Shown: in pieces, positions 1 through 13,494 of the stretch
Layout of the letters: the number at the start of each line of letters is the position of its first letter
Position numbering within the stretch: the stretch's first letter is position 1
Assembly (NCBI GenBank): GCA_965112155.1
Contig: OZ218103.1
From: Podarcis liolepis
Taxonomy: Eukaryota
Strand: one strand, 5' to 3'
Length of the DNA stretch: 64,000 nt
The notes under the pieces: model-generated
Told to the model about the DNA's origin: nothing
Seen by the model: only the letters and a program-made list of their open reading frames with translations
Database searches by the model: none
Made by a program: the position numbers and the translations under genes

Positions 1-412
1 CCTAAAGCACAGAAAAAGTATACTCAGCGTTTAGTGCCTTGTATTTGAGCATTTCTGCCATGTCATGATGCCTCTAAGGCCAAACACTGCAATTTTAAAG
101 ACTTCAAATTTCAGTACAGTATATGCCAGCAACCATCCACTTTCCAGGACCATCAGTACTACGCAAGCCAAACAGGTATATGTTCAAATTCTCCAGCAGT
201 GTTGGTGGAATAATAACTATTAAAGAACTATACTTGGAGATGATGAAGTTATCCAGAAGCAGAGACAACTGAATCTCTGTAGAAAGGAAGCACAAGGCAG
301 TGCAATAGGGCAAGAGCGGCAAGTACAAATTTATTTTTTCACAAAGCCATCCTACTTGGGCTTCCAGGAGCACATACTCCTTGCTCAATTACCCGAGATA
401 TGGGGTGGAATG

Positions 413-567
413 CAGTGGCATAGCGTGGGGGGTGCAGGGGGGCCGGCCGCACCGGGCGCAACATCTGGGGGGAGGGCCGCTCGCACTCGCAGCTCTAAAA
501 TCCACGGGTTAGGGGGCGCAAATTACTTGCCTTGCCCCGGGTGCTGACAACCCATGCTACGCCACTG
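413..567. mobile_element. hAT-type non-autonomous DNA transposon (MITE), 155 bp
   Basis: TIRs CAGTGGCATAGCGTGGG / CCCATGCTACGCCACTG, with a perfect 8-bp TSD GTGGAATG at 405-412 and 568-575. The CpG-rich interior suggests a young insertion. Confidence 0.9.
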
Positions 568-2295
568 GTGGAATGGGAAGGTACAAGGCTGAGTGGCGGA
601 AGACAGCCCTTTGGGAAGTCTGCTATTCCACAGGGCCAATCCCATTCAACAAGAGAGAGGCCTCCTCATAAATTATTGCCTGCTTGGGAGTAAGGGCCTA
701 CTCACAAGCAAAGCAACAGCGGCAGGAAGTTGGTGTGGCTTGAAAGGTAAAAAGACAAAAGAACAGGGAGATAGGGGGAAGGGAACTCTTCGTAGGCACA
801 AGGTGAAGGAGTGGGATGCACTCTGCCCTCTTTCTCTGGCTGAGGCAAAAAGGGCCCAAGGCCTGCTCCACCCATCTAGAAGCACCCAAAGACTACATTA
901 CCAAAGAAACCGCAACCACCCAGTACCAGAACCATCTAGGATGATTACTTTTGCTCCCAAACCTTGGACAATTGCAAACGAGCAGAAACATCACTCTGCC
1001 GATCTAGCTTGCTAGGCGTGGGTTATGGTTTTCAGCCACGCCAACCCACCAGTACAACATCCATCTCCAATCTAAACAATTTTAAAAAGTTTATGAGCTC
1101 CCAACACTGCCAGAAGGACTCAAAAAGGTTTTCACCAAAGGCACATGCAATTAGCAGGCTTAAAAATGATGTACATACACAGGTATTAATTAACTATAAA
1201 TTTTCGTCTAGTAATTCCACCAGCAGCAAACACTAGGCTCTGATCCAACAATCAATACTAGCCATTTAAAGGCTCCACCTGCCAAAAAAGTTATATAAAA
1301 TAAATATATAAAACTTTCATTAGATTCTGCAATGGCTTTAGAACAATTAATCTACCATTAATGTATCAGGCGATATTGTTTGGTTTTATTGGCATGACAA
1401 TTGACACCATCAATATTTCTTCACACCCTACACTATAGCTTCACTCCCATGCTACTCCAAGAGAGAAATTATGCCTCATTTTACTGCTGTACTGGCTCCC
1501 TCTGGGCCTGTATCTTCTGTTACTTACACACGCTTTAAAGAAAAAGCTTACAGCTCAATCTTCAGAGTTTTTAAAACAAAAGAAAAAAGCGAGGCAACAA
1601 AGCTGTTGGGAGAGGTAAATTGCCAGAGTTTCTGCAAAGTTGTGAGCATTAAAGCAGATGGGTGTTTACTCGCTGCAACACTTCTCACTTCATGTGCTAT
1701 AACCACCATGTTGCAATTACCAAGGGTCACTCTGCCACATGGCTGATCAGTATACCTCCCGTCTGGACACACACATGTACTTGCATTTCATCTCTCTTTA
1801 TGTTTAAAGATAAAAGGCATCATAAGAGGAATCTAGATGATGAAGCTCTTCAAAATCCAACCCCACCCCCGAGATTCAAAACAATATAAATAAGGGGGGG
1901 GGTGTAAAATACCACTCCTCTGAAGAAAAGAAAACAACAAAACAGCCAACACAACACAAAGTTAAACACAAATGGGCAATACACTCAACTGGGCTTTGGG
2001 AGGCAACCATAGAAAAAGGGAGGCTGATTCCCTTATGGAGAATACACAGAATACAAGGCTTTAAAAGCAATGCAAAGTGGCCCCAACTGAAGGTATTAAA
2101 ATCAAGAAGGATGCATTGAATATGCCTTCACCAGCCCTCCAAAAGGTTCCAATTCGCAGCCTGAATTTGCATTTGCAGGACTGCACAGAGGCTGTGAAGA
2201 ATCTGTACCCGTCCCAAACCCCGAACCAAGCTTTGTTGGGAAAGGCATGCTCTAAGAGTCACAATTCAGCTATTAAAGGTTGATCATGCTAGTCA

Positions 2296-2349
2296 TTGAA
2301 AGGCATAAAGTATTTGCAGTTTTTGAAAGGCAAAAAGTATTTGCAGTTT
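2296..2349. repeat. 27-bp tandem duplication
   Basis: TTGAAAGGCATAAAGTATTTGCAGTTT followed by TTGAAAGGCAAAAAGTATTTGCAGTTT (1 mismatch). Confidence 0.9.
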
Positions 2350-2567
2350 TGCAGGAACAAACTAACAATCTAATATTCACTTAACTGGATGGATGGCGTG
2401 TTTTCTTCAGTTGATAAGTGCATATTGTACACACACACATGTATATAGAAAGAAAAATGTAAATATTTGGGCTAAATGGTTGTGAAATGCAGCAGATGAC
2501 AATTCTTATGTCTTGTTTAAATATATACAAAATAAACACAGTATAGCCATTCACCAATAATTGGCAC

Positions 2568-2632
2568 TGGGAAACCCAGCCAGATGGGCGGGGTATAAAT
2601 AATAAATTGTTGTTGTTGTTACTGCTGCTGTT
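2568..2632 (+). mobile_element. 3' tail of L2-like LINE (5'-truncated)
   Basis: GGGAAACCCAGCCAGATGGGCGGGGTATAAATAATAAA plus a trinucleotide tail; the same terminus occurs at about 10.5, 45.6 and 58.1 kb. Confidence 0.75.
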
Positions 2633-2738
2633 AATGGTTACTGTACTTACCTTGTACATATTTAAGCTTTGCCAAAGACTATACCTCTTGCATTTTATGG
2701 TCATTTGCCCCTATTGTTTACAATATCCCCTCTCAATA

Positions 2739-2826
2739 CACATACATACATACATACATACATACATACATAGTGTGCATTGCTCTCTCTCTCTCTCTCA
2801 CTCACTCTCTCTCACCCACACACACA
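2739..2826. repeat. Compound microsatellite (ACAT)n/(CT)n/(CA)n
   Basis: Directly visible. Confidence 0.9.
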
Positions 2827-5800
2827 ATTTCTGGTTGAAGTGACCAGTACTTCTGCTGCTGTTCCACCACCCTTTGTGAGGGAAGTATTATGGAGTGTCT
2901 GTTGTTTCTGCTTATTGCTTGGCAAGGGCTGGTTGTATCCTCCATTCACTTCTTTGAAATTGGGCAGGGGGCTGACATTTGGTGTCTTCCAGGCAGATAG
3001 CTGCCTCTCTCACACACCCCTTCCGATGAACTCTTGATTATCCAAAACTTTGGATGAGCTCACTCCGGTATGACCCATGCCACATAAGGGGAGCTCAATA
3101 GAAAAACGTCCTATTTGCTCACCTAAACTTCTAAAATTGTCACATAATGGAATGCCCCAAGTTGCTTTGATAAATTATGCTGTGTTCTATGTCCTCAGGG
3201 TAGAAGAAGGGGTGTGAGAGACATGCTGAGTGGAAACTAGGAAAGGCACTACAGAAGCTGCAGCATGAGGAATTGTCAGCATTAAAAATAAACCCTATCA
3301 TTCTGAAAGGGGAATTCTTTTGGGAAAAGCTGAGAAGGGCGGGAGATGAAAAATATGAATTAGGTTTAGAAAAGTAAGCTTCAGTGATATCTTTTGCTGT
3401 CTTTGTATTTAGCCAGCTATTTCCTCTGACTTTTCAGTTAGGTGTGATTACTTGGTGGCTGGATGAGGGGAGGAAACCTTGGTCAGCTAGGTTCTGGAAG
3501 GGTGGGGTGCATAAAAATGAAGAGGAAAATATATAATTGGGGGGGTCCCTATTCTGTAAGTATACCAGCATGTTAACAAAAAAATAGAAAACATGAAATA
3601 TTCTGCCAAGGGGTGAGTACTTTATATACTGTTTCCCGAATTTAAAAAAGAGGGGGGGGATGAAGGGGAATACATATACTAAAGACTTTCACTCCTTCTT
3701 ATTGCACTTGAATGCCAAAATATCACATTTGCTTAAGCCTATTTTACTGCTAGCAGCTGTCTGTTATATGGTGACTGCTGGAGAGCTCGCCCAAGAGCAG
3801 GTGAGCACCATCTGCCTGCCCCTGACAAGATGCCCATTTCATTTAGACAAAAAGCTGACAGCTACATGGCCACCATCTTCACGCAATAATATAAAAACCC
3901 TTTTCTCAAATGCTGCTGTAACCTTTCACAGATATTCAAATAGGCATTGTATACCTAGAGAAGCAGTAACACGTCTCCCCCAATCCGCCCCCTTCCCCCT
4001 CCAGCCTCTCCATGTTTAAATAAATCCCCTCTCAGGCACACTGGTGAGCATGCTTTCAGAAAGACCCATAATTGGCTTGCCTACTGATCTGTGAAGAGTA
4101 CATTTTCTACAAAAGCTCTCTCCCCGCTACCCCTTCTTTAAGAGGAGGGGGGATCTCCCTGTCCTCGAACAAAAACGTGTGTCAAGCTAACACAAAATTA
4201 CCATTTTTAGCAAGTGGTTTTGTAATATAGTCTACAAAACACAGCTGATAAGTATTAAATACACCAACAAGAGGGAAAGGCCTTAAATTGAGGTGAAAAG
4301 GGTCAACATGGCCACTGCATTAACTGCTGGCAGCTCTCAGCTGTTTCCTATTATTCTTCCTTTCTTTAAAAGTTCCCTCAGCCCCCCGAAAAATGGTGGT
4401 CACAACGTGTGTCTTTTTCTCCTCATCTGGTATGGCAACACTTAAAATAAATGAAGAGTATTCAGAAGACTGTCTATCAATGCAAGTTCTAGATGAAGCT
4501 TACAGAAAAGCCAAATGAATGATAAAGCTGTCTCATTGGCTGAAAACATCTCTTGACAGTCTAAGGGCCAATTCAAACTTTTAAAGTTTCCACATCAAGG
4601 CCACTAAAATATGGTAGTAGCTGGCAGCACACAGAAGCCAAAGGTAATACCAGATAATGAGTGTAAGCTGACTGAATGTAATCCGTCAGTACGATGGGAG
4701 GCCATTTTGTGGCAATTCTTCTCCCCTCTGTAGTACCCATAAATATTGGTAAGCTAAGGTCATCATAAATATCCCACTTTACAGAGGATAGCCCTCAATA
4801 TGAAAGGCTGTCCATTCCAAGTCTGTTTTAAGGATCAAAATCGTAAGAAGGGGAAGGAGACACTTTGAAGTTGCACAGGTCACCTGGTCATAAGTCATTC
4901 CCAATATGGCAAGATGCATTGTATTTATAGTAATTATTTCTAAATCTGCATCTATACATATGAATCAGCATAAGCAACATTTTATGCAAATATGTACTGT
5001 ATAGTATTTTGTCCCTTTTTTGATGATGTACAAGTGGCCACCATATTGCAAACTGTTTATTGTGTAGATAGATATTACAGTGACAAGTTTCAATACATGT
5101 CCATCTAACATTCACGGAGCACCATACAAATGTTACAAGCAACACACCAAGTTCTCCTACACAGATCCATTTTCTGGCAGCCTCCACATGGGGTCCGTCA
5201 CATTTTAACTCGGAAGTCGCAGGCTGAGATCTGCGGTTGCCCACCTTATATTAGAGGTGGGGACAAAAAATATTTAGATCTTCCCAGGATCCTTGTCAGC
5301 AGTGTTTACAAACAAACCATGCAAAAAACAGCAATGAAAATCTTCTGTTAGTGCTCCATCACATTGCAACAACATCCAGCTCTTCTTGCAACAACTTAGG
5401 CACCAAGAAAGAGCTTTACAGGGCATGATACTCTGAATCCAAGGAATGAACCTCCTTCAAAAACTCACCTATGCATTCCCTATTCTGCTCTTTTGGAAAG
5501 GAAAGAACATCTCTGTATTTGCTCGTTTCTTTCTTAGACCAGCAATACTCCACATTTTTCAAAGTCGACTGGGATACAGCACTATGTGCACCAAAAGACC
5601 AAGGGATGTAAATCCATACCTCACTGCAGAGTCAGCTTCTATGGCTGTGGCAATGTGGTTCTTGACAGTTAACTGGGGTGCTGAGTGCTTAACTGAATGA
5701 CTTCATGAACTCCTGACTTCACTTGCTTTCAGACTACAAAATGAGTAGAAAGCTTTGACACAACTTGATGCTGCATCCTTGCTTTAAATCTGTAAGGAGA

Positions 5801-7070
5801 ACATGACTGAGGAGGAAGAGTTATAAGCAGGACTGGCTGTGACACACAGAAGAACTGTCCTATAAGGGCAGCATGATTGCAGCACGATCAAATCCTTCAC
5901 CCACCAAAGGCCAGCATTTTCTATTTCTATCCAGGACATGGTACAAATCCTTTGAGTCAGTGCTAAGGTTAAGTCATGAGGTGTACCAGATGGTCATTTG
6001 TGGGACTAGTCAGGACCGGGCAAGAAAGGGCAAACAACAAAAGAACTTGTTTTAGAAGTGCTGCAAGTGAACTAAGGGCAAAGGAATCTCTTTCAGAATG
6101 GCAGATTGAGCTCTTTCTTTGGTGGTCCTGTGCCTTAGTTCTTCACACCACACACTTTAAAAGGTCCTACTGCCTTAGAAGTGGTGCATGGGATTTTTTG
6201 GTTGTACGTTTCAGAAAAGGCCCACTGCTGTGCAGAGATCTGAGAGGATCTTTGGAGACAATGAGATATTATGAAACTCTCTCTTCTTCTTCTTTAATTT
6301 AAAGAGCAAAGGGGGATTTACATTCATTTAAGAGGTGAGTTTGAATAGCTTCCTAAAAGAGGAAGGAAAGCTTCTTGAAACCAAGATCATCTTGGTTCTT
6401 CACAAATATTGTAATCTTCACAAATTAAGAGTGAAAGAATTTGCGAGTTTCATAATCGCCAAGGGAGTGCACTTTTATTATCGGTTCCATTCCTAGAAAG
6501 CTCTCAGTGACTCTATCTACTATGTTTTCAGTAAAAGAGAAAATGAAGAAAGGAATCTTACAGGAATAAGAACAAAAACTGAGCAAGATTATGAAATGGG
6601 TTTATGTTTGGTTGAAAACTGAGAAGCTCCTCAAAATACAAGGAAAGGATAGGTGGGAAATGGTGGAACAGGAATCCCTCACAAAGTCACTGGCACAGTT
6701 ATTCTCCCAAGGTGTGCCATGGAAATATAAACAGGGGTTTATATAAGTCAGAGGTCTTAGATGTTCTCAACACTCTATATCCCTCAGAGCAGGTAGGGCC
6801 TGTGCACCAACCATTTCCTTCCCACTCACAATATATGGGGAAGTGATCATATTCTGTGGGAGGGAGTAACATGCATCAGGATTTTTATTTTTGGAAGCAA
6901 TTTGGCCTAGAGGTGAGAGATATGGGGAAAATCCCTTAAGCATCGCTGCTGCCCATGAACTATGGCCCCATCCAGAGTCCTGGACTGACTGGTGAAAGGG
7001 ACTGGATGACCCCAGAAGGTAAAATGAATTGGCTATCTCTCAGCTGAAAGATAATGCCTGTCTATTGTTG

Positions 7071-7131
7071 GTGTGTGTGTGTGTGCGCGCGCGCACACAC
7101 ACACACACACGTGTGTACGCACATGCACACA
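7071..7131. repeat. Alternating purine-pyrimidine tract containing the perfect palindrome (GT)7(GC)5(AC)7
   Basis: Directly visible; 7071-7108 is self-complementary. Confidence 0.9.
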
Positions 7132-7914
7132 TTTATTTTTAGTCAAATCAAGTAGCATGCCTCCAATTTTAATCCAGAAAATAACATTGTGCCCCATGTA
7201 TCAGGAATTTGGAAAACAGTACACCAGCCAAAAAAATGACAATGTTTAGAAAAGCATTAGAAGAGAAGCATTTGCCATGGGCTACACTAGTGCTGGATAT
7301 TATTCCTATCAGTGTGCCTAACTCTCTCTTTTTCATATTCTGTAATTAAGTAAGAAACAGTTGTGCAAGTATTTCCTGGCAGAAATGTTCACTTGGGATG
7401 CAGCTTAGCACAAGGCGCTGTGCTGTAGTTTGCTTCCCTTTCACCTCCAGAGATTTCCTTTCCTGCCATGTATGGCTCTTTTACCAGATTTGCTTCAATG
7501 TGGCTCCTAAACCAAGATTTCTAAATCTCTCTAATGTCTCAGCAACTTTCCCCTCCTTCCACATGCCCGCTCCCCTCCCCCCTCCCAGTTAATCCCTGAG
7601 ACCAGTCTTGACTAATCCCTTTGAGCCATATGGAGCTTGAACCACTGAGATCTCAACTATGCCCCCAGAATATTTAGCTCTGCCTTAGGCAGTAACTTAT
7701 AAGCGCTGCAGCAGCAGCTGGCACAAAGCACTCCAGAATGCAGCATTCGAACCTGGCAGTTCCAAGAGGAGAACGGAAAGCTGCTCTGAACAGGTATGAC
7801 GGGAACAGGGTGCTCTTTGCCAAAGGAGAAATAGTCTAGAAGAACACCAGAATCAGAACAGCACAAAGTGTCAAAGGACTGGGCTGCTCCTATATGCAAA
7901 GTCTTCTGGTTAAC

Positions 7915-8120
7915 TTTATTGATGGCCACTAGCTATGATGATTGTGGACCGTCTCCAATGGTCAGAGGCTGCCATGCTTCTGAATACCAGTTACTGAAAA
8001 CTCACCCGATGAGAGAGTGCTCTCGGGCTCGAATCCTGCTTACAAGTTTCCCACAGGGATCTGTGAGAACAGGATGCTGGACCAGATGGGCCATTGGCCT
8101 GATCCAGCAGGCTCTTACGT
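7915..8120 (+). mobile_element. Decayed CR1-type 3' end
   Basis: Ends in AGGATGCTGGACCAGATGGGCCATTGGCCTGATCCAGCAGGCTCTTA, a typical squamate CR1-like terminus. The 5' boundary is approximate. Confidence 0.65.
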
Positions 8121-8135
8121 ACTATATGGAAAGAC

Positions 8136-8199
8136 AGGAGTGCCTGGCGTGCTCAGGTCCATGGGGTCACAAAGAGTCGGACACGACTAAACAACAACG
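8136..8199 (+). mobile_element. BovB (RTE LINE) 3' stub, 64 bp
   Basis: AGGAGTGCCTGGCGTGCT..GTCCATGGGGTCACAAAGAGTCGGACACGACTAAACAACAAC is the BovB 3' terminus. Perfect 15-bp direct repeat ACTATATGGAAAGAC at 8121-8135 and 8200-8214. Confidence 0.9.
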
Positions 8200-9156
8200 A
8201 CTATATGGAAAGACTGAGGTGGAATCAAATACATGTGTTTATTTTGGAACAAAAGTTTATCTTGTCCTTAATTCCCAGAACGAGCTATGTGTATGTACAG
8301 TTCAGAGTGACCACTGCAATATGGTGGGAAGCAGACATATATTTGGGGACGAGGAGTCCATGTCATTTATGCCTCCTCCAGCTGTATATCTATTTGTATA
8401 TCTGCATGTGCACACAGCTATATTAACATTAAACATGGAAAAGAAGAATATTTTATTAACTTTTCGTATGATAATCTTGAATTTTCTGTGGTAGGAGGGG
8501 AAGGGAAGACCCAAAGGTCAAGTTAGTTTACAAGTGAGTCCCGTAAGGTTCAGTAAGTGAATGGGTGGGTGCCACTTCAAAATATTTGAGAAGGATTGCT
8601 CTAGGACAGGGGTGGGCAGTAGGTAGCAAGATCTGGAGATCTGGAGATGGTAGATCTGGAGTGATCTGCAGTAGGTCAGCAAGAACTCAGACTCTCAACT
8701 GTTTAAGCGGCAACAGCAAAAAGCCACCCCTCTCCTGCTAATTTAGGCTGTTGAAGAAAGTTCAGGAGTAATACCAGGAGTGGGTTTTGGGGTGATAGGA
8801 CTGTGAGCTCATTTAACCTATGAAAACAAATTTCTGCTCAAATACATCCTGTTCCTTAATTATAGGGATATGTCCCTATCTCACCACAAGCCACTAAAGC
8901 ACCTGACTCGAGCTGGTGATTTTGGGATTCTGGTAAACAAACAAGCAAGCAAGCAAACAAACAAACAAACAAAACCCAACCAAAGTACATCCCATAAGCC
9001 TGAAGTCTGCCTGCCACTGATCTAGGGAGTGGTTCGGTTTCAGCACATCTGCCATAGCCTCATGTTTCACTACACAGCCTGCCAAGCATCATAATCTTCC
9101 AGCTGATGGACCTGATACACAACTGCAAATGCTGTAACATGGAAATCCACTAGGGC

Positions 9157-9282
9157 TGAGAGTGGAAACCAATACTCCTCCAGATGTTGGACTCCATCAG
9201 TTCCAGCCAGCGTGGCCAAAGGTCAAGGTTGATGGGGGTTGGAGTCCAACAACATTTGGAGGGCCACAGGTTTCCCAGGATG
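9157..9282. mobile_element. Decayed hAT-type MITE (GGACTACAACTCCC family)
   Basis: Internal inverted core CTCCAGATGTTGGACTCCA...TGGAGTCCAACAACATTTGGAG resembles 15160-15296. Ends are degraded. Confidence 0.65.
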
Positions 9283-10434
9283 CCCTAGGGCCACAGGAAA
9301 GAGCGCCATGAATCATAACATCTTGTCCAGGTTTGGTTGTTTATATAAAGTTGTTCGTTATCCAGACCAGAGAAAACAAAAAAAGAGGGCACTTCAGATT
9401 AGGCATAGGTGTAAGATCACCTCTGCACACTTCCTACATAAAATGTGCAGTCGTAAACCACAACATGGGGAAAGAGAACAGGCACAATTTGACTCATTCT
9501 CCTAAGAAAGAAACATTCCTGCTTCAGCAGCCCAGCTTGATTTCTAGGCAGAAACTGAAGTGCCAGTCTCCAAGAGCTCAAGACCTTTTGAAGTAGGTCA
9601 ACCAGAGCAAAGGGCCACGGGGGTAAATCTGATGTAAGCTACCATGTAATTCAGTGCTATCTGCAATAAACTGGATGCTTTCTTCATGCCTGGTGAAAGC
9701 AAGAAACTAATTTGGCATGGAGGATGGGCAGATTTCAGACAACTGGTAGGAGGATATAGGTGCTTTCACAATAAGACAGATGAAATAGAGCAGTACAATT
9801 CACAAGCTGGATTAACTCTTCAGCGGACTCAAGGAGGATAGGGAGTCTGCACACTTGGAAGAAAAATAGGATGAATTATGTCAAATTTATGGTTACAATG
9901 GAGAGGGGAAGTCTGTACAGATTCATCTATGCAACACACACACAATATAAGGCTTCCAAGGACAAACAATTACATTTTCCCCTCCAGCTTGTACTAGCCA
10001 AGGACGTCTTGTTTCCTTTTTCAAAAGGCATCTTGTAGCTCAAGGCTTCCACTACTGTTTCTGCTAAGTTCTCACCCTAGCAAGCAATCTGTAGTACTAC
10101 AAGGGTGTGTGGCCGTCATTCAAGGGGAGATTTCAGTATCAAACTCACTAAGCATCACACATGCAGCCAACAATTTACCTGTGTGATGAAAGAAATAGCA
10201 TGAACTGGCACAAATTCTAACGCATGAGTACATTTAGTTTACATTGCCGGGAAGGGTTTGCAGTACTAAGGTTGGTTACGCTAAGGTGCAGGGTGGCTGG
10301 CTGGGTGTAAGAGGTCAAAGGTAAAGGGAAGACTTTTCTTATGAGAGACAAGCGCAAGGAGCAATGACCAAGGAAGCTGCACATTATCACTTCCCATCAA
10401 TGCCCAGTCTTGCTTCCCCTCCCCCACCTTCTGA

Positions 10435-10589
10435 ACTTTTACCTGACATTCAGAAAACATCTTAAGGCGGCCCTATTCAGGGAAGCTTTTAATGTATGAT
10501 ATTTTAGTGTTTTTTGATTTCTGTGGAAGCCGCCCAGAGTGGCTGGGGAAACCCAGCCAGATGGGCGGGGTACAAATAATAAATTATTA

Positions 10590-10628
<39 letters not shown>
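10435..10628 (+). mobile_element. 3' end of L2-like LINE with (TAT)n tail
   Basis: ...GGAAGCCGCCCAGAGTGGCTGGGGAAACCCAGCCAGATGGGCGGGGTACAAATAATAAA(TTA)n. Confidence 0.8.
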
Positions 10629-10630
<2 letters not shown>

Positions 10631-12928
10631 AGTGACATAACTTCTTAAGTGTACCTTTTCAGAACTTTTTTTTCATGACCACAAGGACTAAAATTTTGTT
10701 GTTTGTTGTAGAAATTAACACCTGGATATTTCAAGCAAGCGAAAGTCTAAGTGATGTTATCGCAATTCCACACAGTATAGCACATTTAGAGGTGGATGAA
10801 ATAGGATGAATTAAACAAACAGGGAACAAAACTCTTCCAAATCCTGTAAGCTCCCACAAACAATTGCATTTAGATGCCGCCTGAAGAATCACACACACAA
10901 AACTGGTCGTGCTTTTACTATCCTAGCCACACACCCTGCCCTCTGAAAGCTCCAAAACAGATCAAGTCAAAATTATTTTTGCTGAATGATTGCATTTATA
11001 TGCCACCTTTCTGCCAAGGCACCTAAGGCTGTTTACAATTTAAAATACTTGAAAAACAAAAGCAGGGTCACCTCAGGTCATTAGTGGTCGCCTCAGAAGC
11101 TGACTGAACGAGACTGAATGAGATTTTTTTTTAAAAATATTTCATTGAGATCTGGTTTTAGTTTATACCAAAACAAACACAGCAGCAGCAAACTGAAATA
11201 ACAACAACTGAGGGAAGAGGGAAGGGGAGAGGGATCGGTTAGCATTCATAGGTTTTCCTCATTTTCAATTTAGGGGTGCCATAAACAAAATACTTTCAGC
11301 TAGGGGGAGAGTTTGGTATAAGGCTTGCCTGGGCAGGAAACATTCAACTGCTAATTTTTAATTCCATGTTCCTATTACCAGCTTCTGATGTTGGTCATAA
11401 AGCTAAACTACAAAGATATGTCACCTAGTAGATATGGCGATCTACAGTCAGCATCCAATACCTAAATCTAGGTGGGAAGGATAACTAGTATACCCAGATA
11501 TGTTCATCTAAAAAGGTGGTCTTGTATTATATTTATCTGGTTATGCTAGAAGTACCTTCTTGGAAGCTGGTGTTTGTGGAACATTAAGAGGTACCTCTGC
11601 CCCTTCTGCCCACTACAATGTCTTCTGTCCACCCTGTCAGAGAATAAGGAAAGTTCATCACACAAGGAATATGAGATACCCCTACCCTACCATTCTGGAT
11701 GACCTTAAGAAGGGCAGAGAAACCCTGAATATGAAGCTGTATGTTCAGTGGGAATGTTCCATTTATGGCCCAAAGATGATGACAAGCAAGGCAAGAGGAC
11801 AACTGCATCTCTGAAATCCCCCCAAAAAACCAATTCTCAGGATTATCAGCCCTGATTTGGAATGAACAGAAATCAAATGAGTGTGACAGGTAAATGGGTA
11901 AGTTAACAAAGTCAGGGACAGACTGATCCCTGCTTGACCACAGAACTCAAGCACTTTCCACTGACTGCGCCTCGCACTTCACCAAGGTCTGGGGCCATCT
12001 TAATTAAGGAAATGAACCAAGGAAGAATGTAAATGGTATCAGGATAGCGCTCAGAAACTCAGATTAAAATAGGGCAGAATTGTCCCACAACATCTGGCAA
12101 TCATACAGAGGCCACAGGAGAAGAGGCCACATCTTTATCAAGACACATATTCCCCCCCAAATAAGACAAGTACTGCAACAGCAACCACTACCTAGAAAAG
12201 AAATGTTTTATATACATCCCTTCATCAACCTTGCTTCCTCAGAAGATGTGAAGCCAATGGAAAGGGGCAACTGGATCCCCAATAAAACACCCCCCTTTCA
12301 CATGTTTCAACACCATTTGTATAAATTGCTCAATAAACTGGACCTGAATGTGTTCTGAGAAAAGTCCTTTTATTTATGTTTGGTTTTTAAATCAAATCAA
12401 AATAAGTCTTTAGTTTAGAGGGGGTGGGGAGGGATGGTACGAACCTGAGCAGAAGCAAATTTCAGCAAAAAGCCTACATGCAACTGCAAAGCCAGCATCT
12501 CCCATCATGGGAAAAAGTTTTTCACACAGCAAAAGGAAGTGACATCAGAAGCCAGGGGCTTTTTATTAGTACAGCACCCTGCTAAGCTTTACAAAAGGGG
12601 CAGTGTGAATTCTAAAGACTCTCTTATTGCAGAGAAGAGCCCTTCAATCTTCCCTCAGGCTGCAGCTTTTGTATTGCCTTTGCCACAACAGCCTTGTCTG
12701 GATTTGTTAATGATCATTTAAGCCCCCCAAAAGGAATTGCTGCAGATTGTACCTTAAGACAACCACCGAACAAACCAAGCCCCACTGCCACCACAAAATG
12801 GAAACTAGAAAATCCCAGAAACCATGTATATCGCACACTTCTTCGAGAGCAATAGGGCATGTAAAGAAACAACACTTGCTATGAGTTCCTTCATCTTAAA
12901 ATATGTTTGGGGAAATTTTTGACAACTA

Positions 12929-13115
12929 CAGTGGTACCTCAGGTTAAGTACTTAATTCGTTCCAGAGGTTTGTTCTTAACCTGAAACTGTTCTTAACCTG
13001 AAGCACCACTTTAGCTAATGGGGCCTCCTGCTGCTGAGGTAATATTTCTGGGTTAGTGGAGTCTGTAACCTGAAGCGTATGTAACCTGAAGCATATGTAA
13101 CCCGAGGTACCACTG
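12929..13115. mobile_element. Tc1/mariner (Tigger/pogo-like) MITE, internally deleted
   Basis: TA|CAGTGGTACCTCAGGTTA ... TAACCCGAGGTACCACTG|TA. Confidence 0.9.
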
Positions 13116-13494
13116 TACTCCCAAAAAAAAAAGAAAAGAAAAAAAGGAGAAATCGTGTTTCCAAAACACCCAGTTTTGAATCTTTTATTATTTGAAAAAA
13201 TGTAGTCAGCCCTACGTTAGCAAACTTTCAGTAATCAGGTCGCCTCATTTGTCAAAACCTCTATTAATATGAATAATTCAATCAATCAGAGTCACTTTTG
13301 AGTAACAGGCTACCAATATGGTAGCTATTTGGACTATAGGCAACTAAAATCTTACCTGCCACCACCTCCTAACTTGCTTATATTCAGGTTACATGCAACT
13401 GAAGGGCTTCTGTGATTTTTGCCTGATCTGACACTTGCTGTGGCACTATTGTTGCTGTGCAAACTCTCAAGCGACAACCTGTACCTGTCATGAT

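Noticed and set aside
2645-2704. Perfect minus-strand donor AAG|GTAAGT after MTIKCKRYSLWQSLNMYK (similar lone donors at ~5468 and ~23238)
   Set aside because: There is no convincing acceptor, promoter context or homology, and isolated donor matches are expected by chance in 64 kb.
7868-8494. Longest ORF in the track (208 aa)
   Set aside because: It runs across a CR1 tail, a BovB stub and AT-rich unique DNA, with no recognisable domain. It is a chance ORF.
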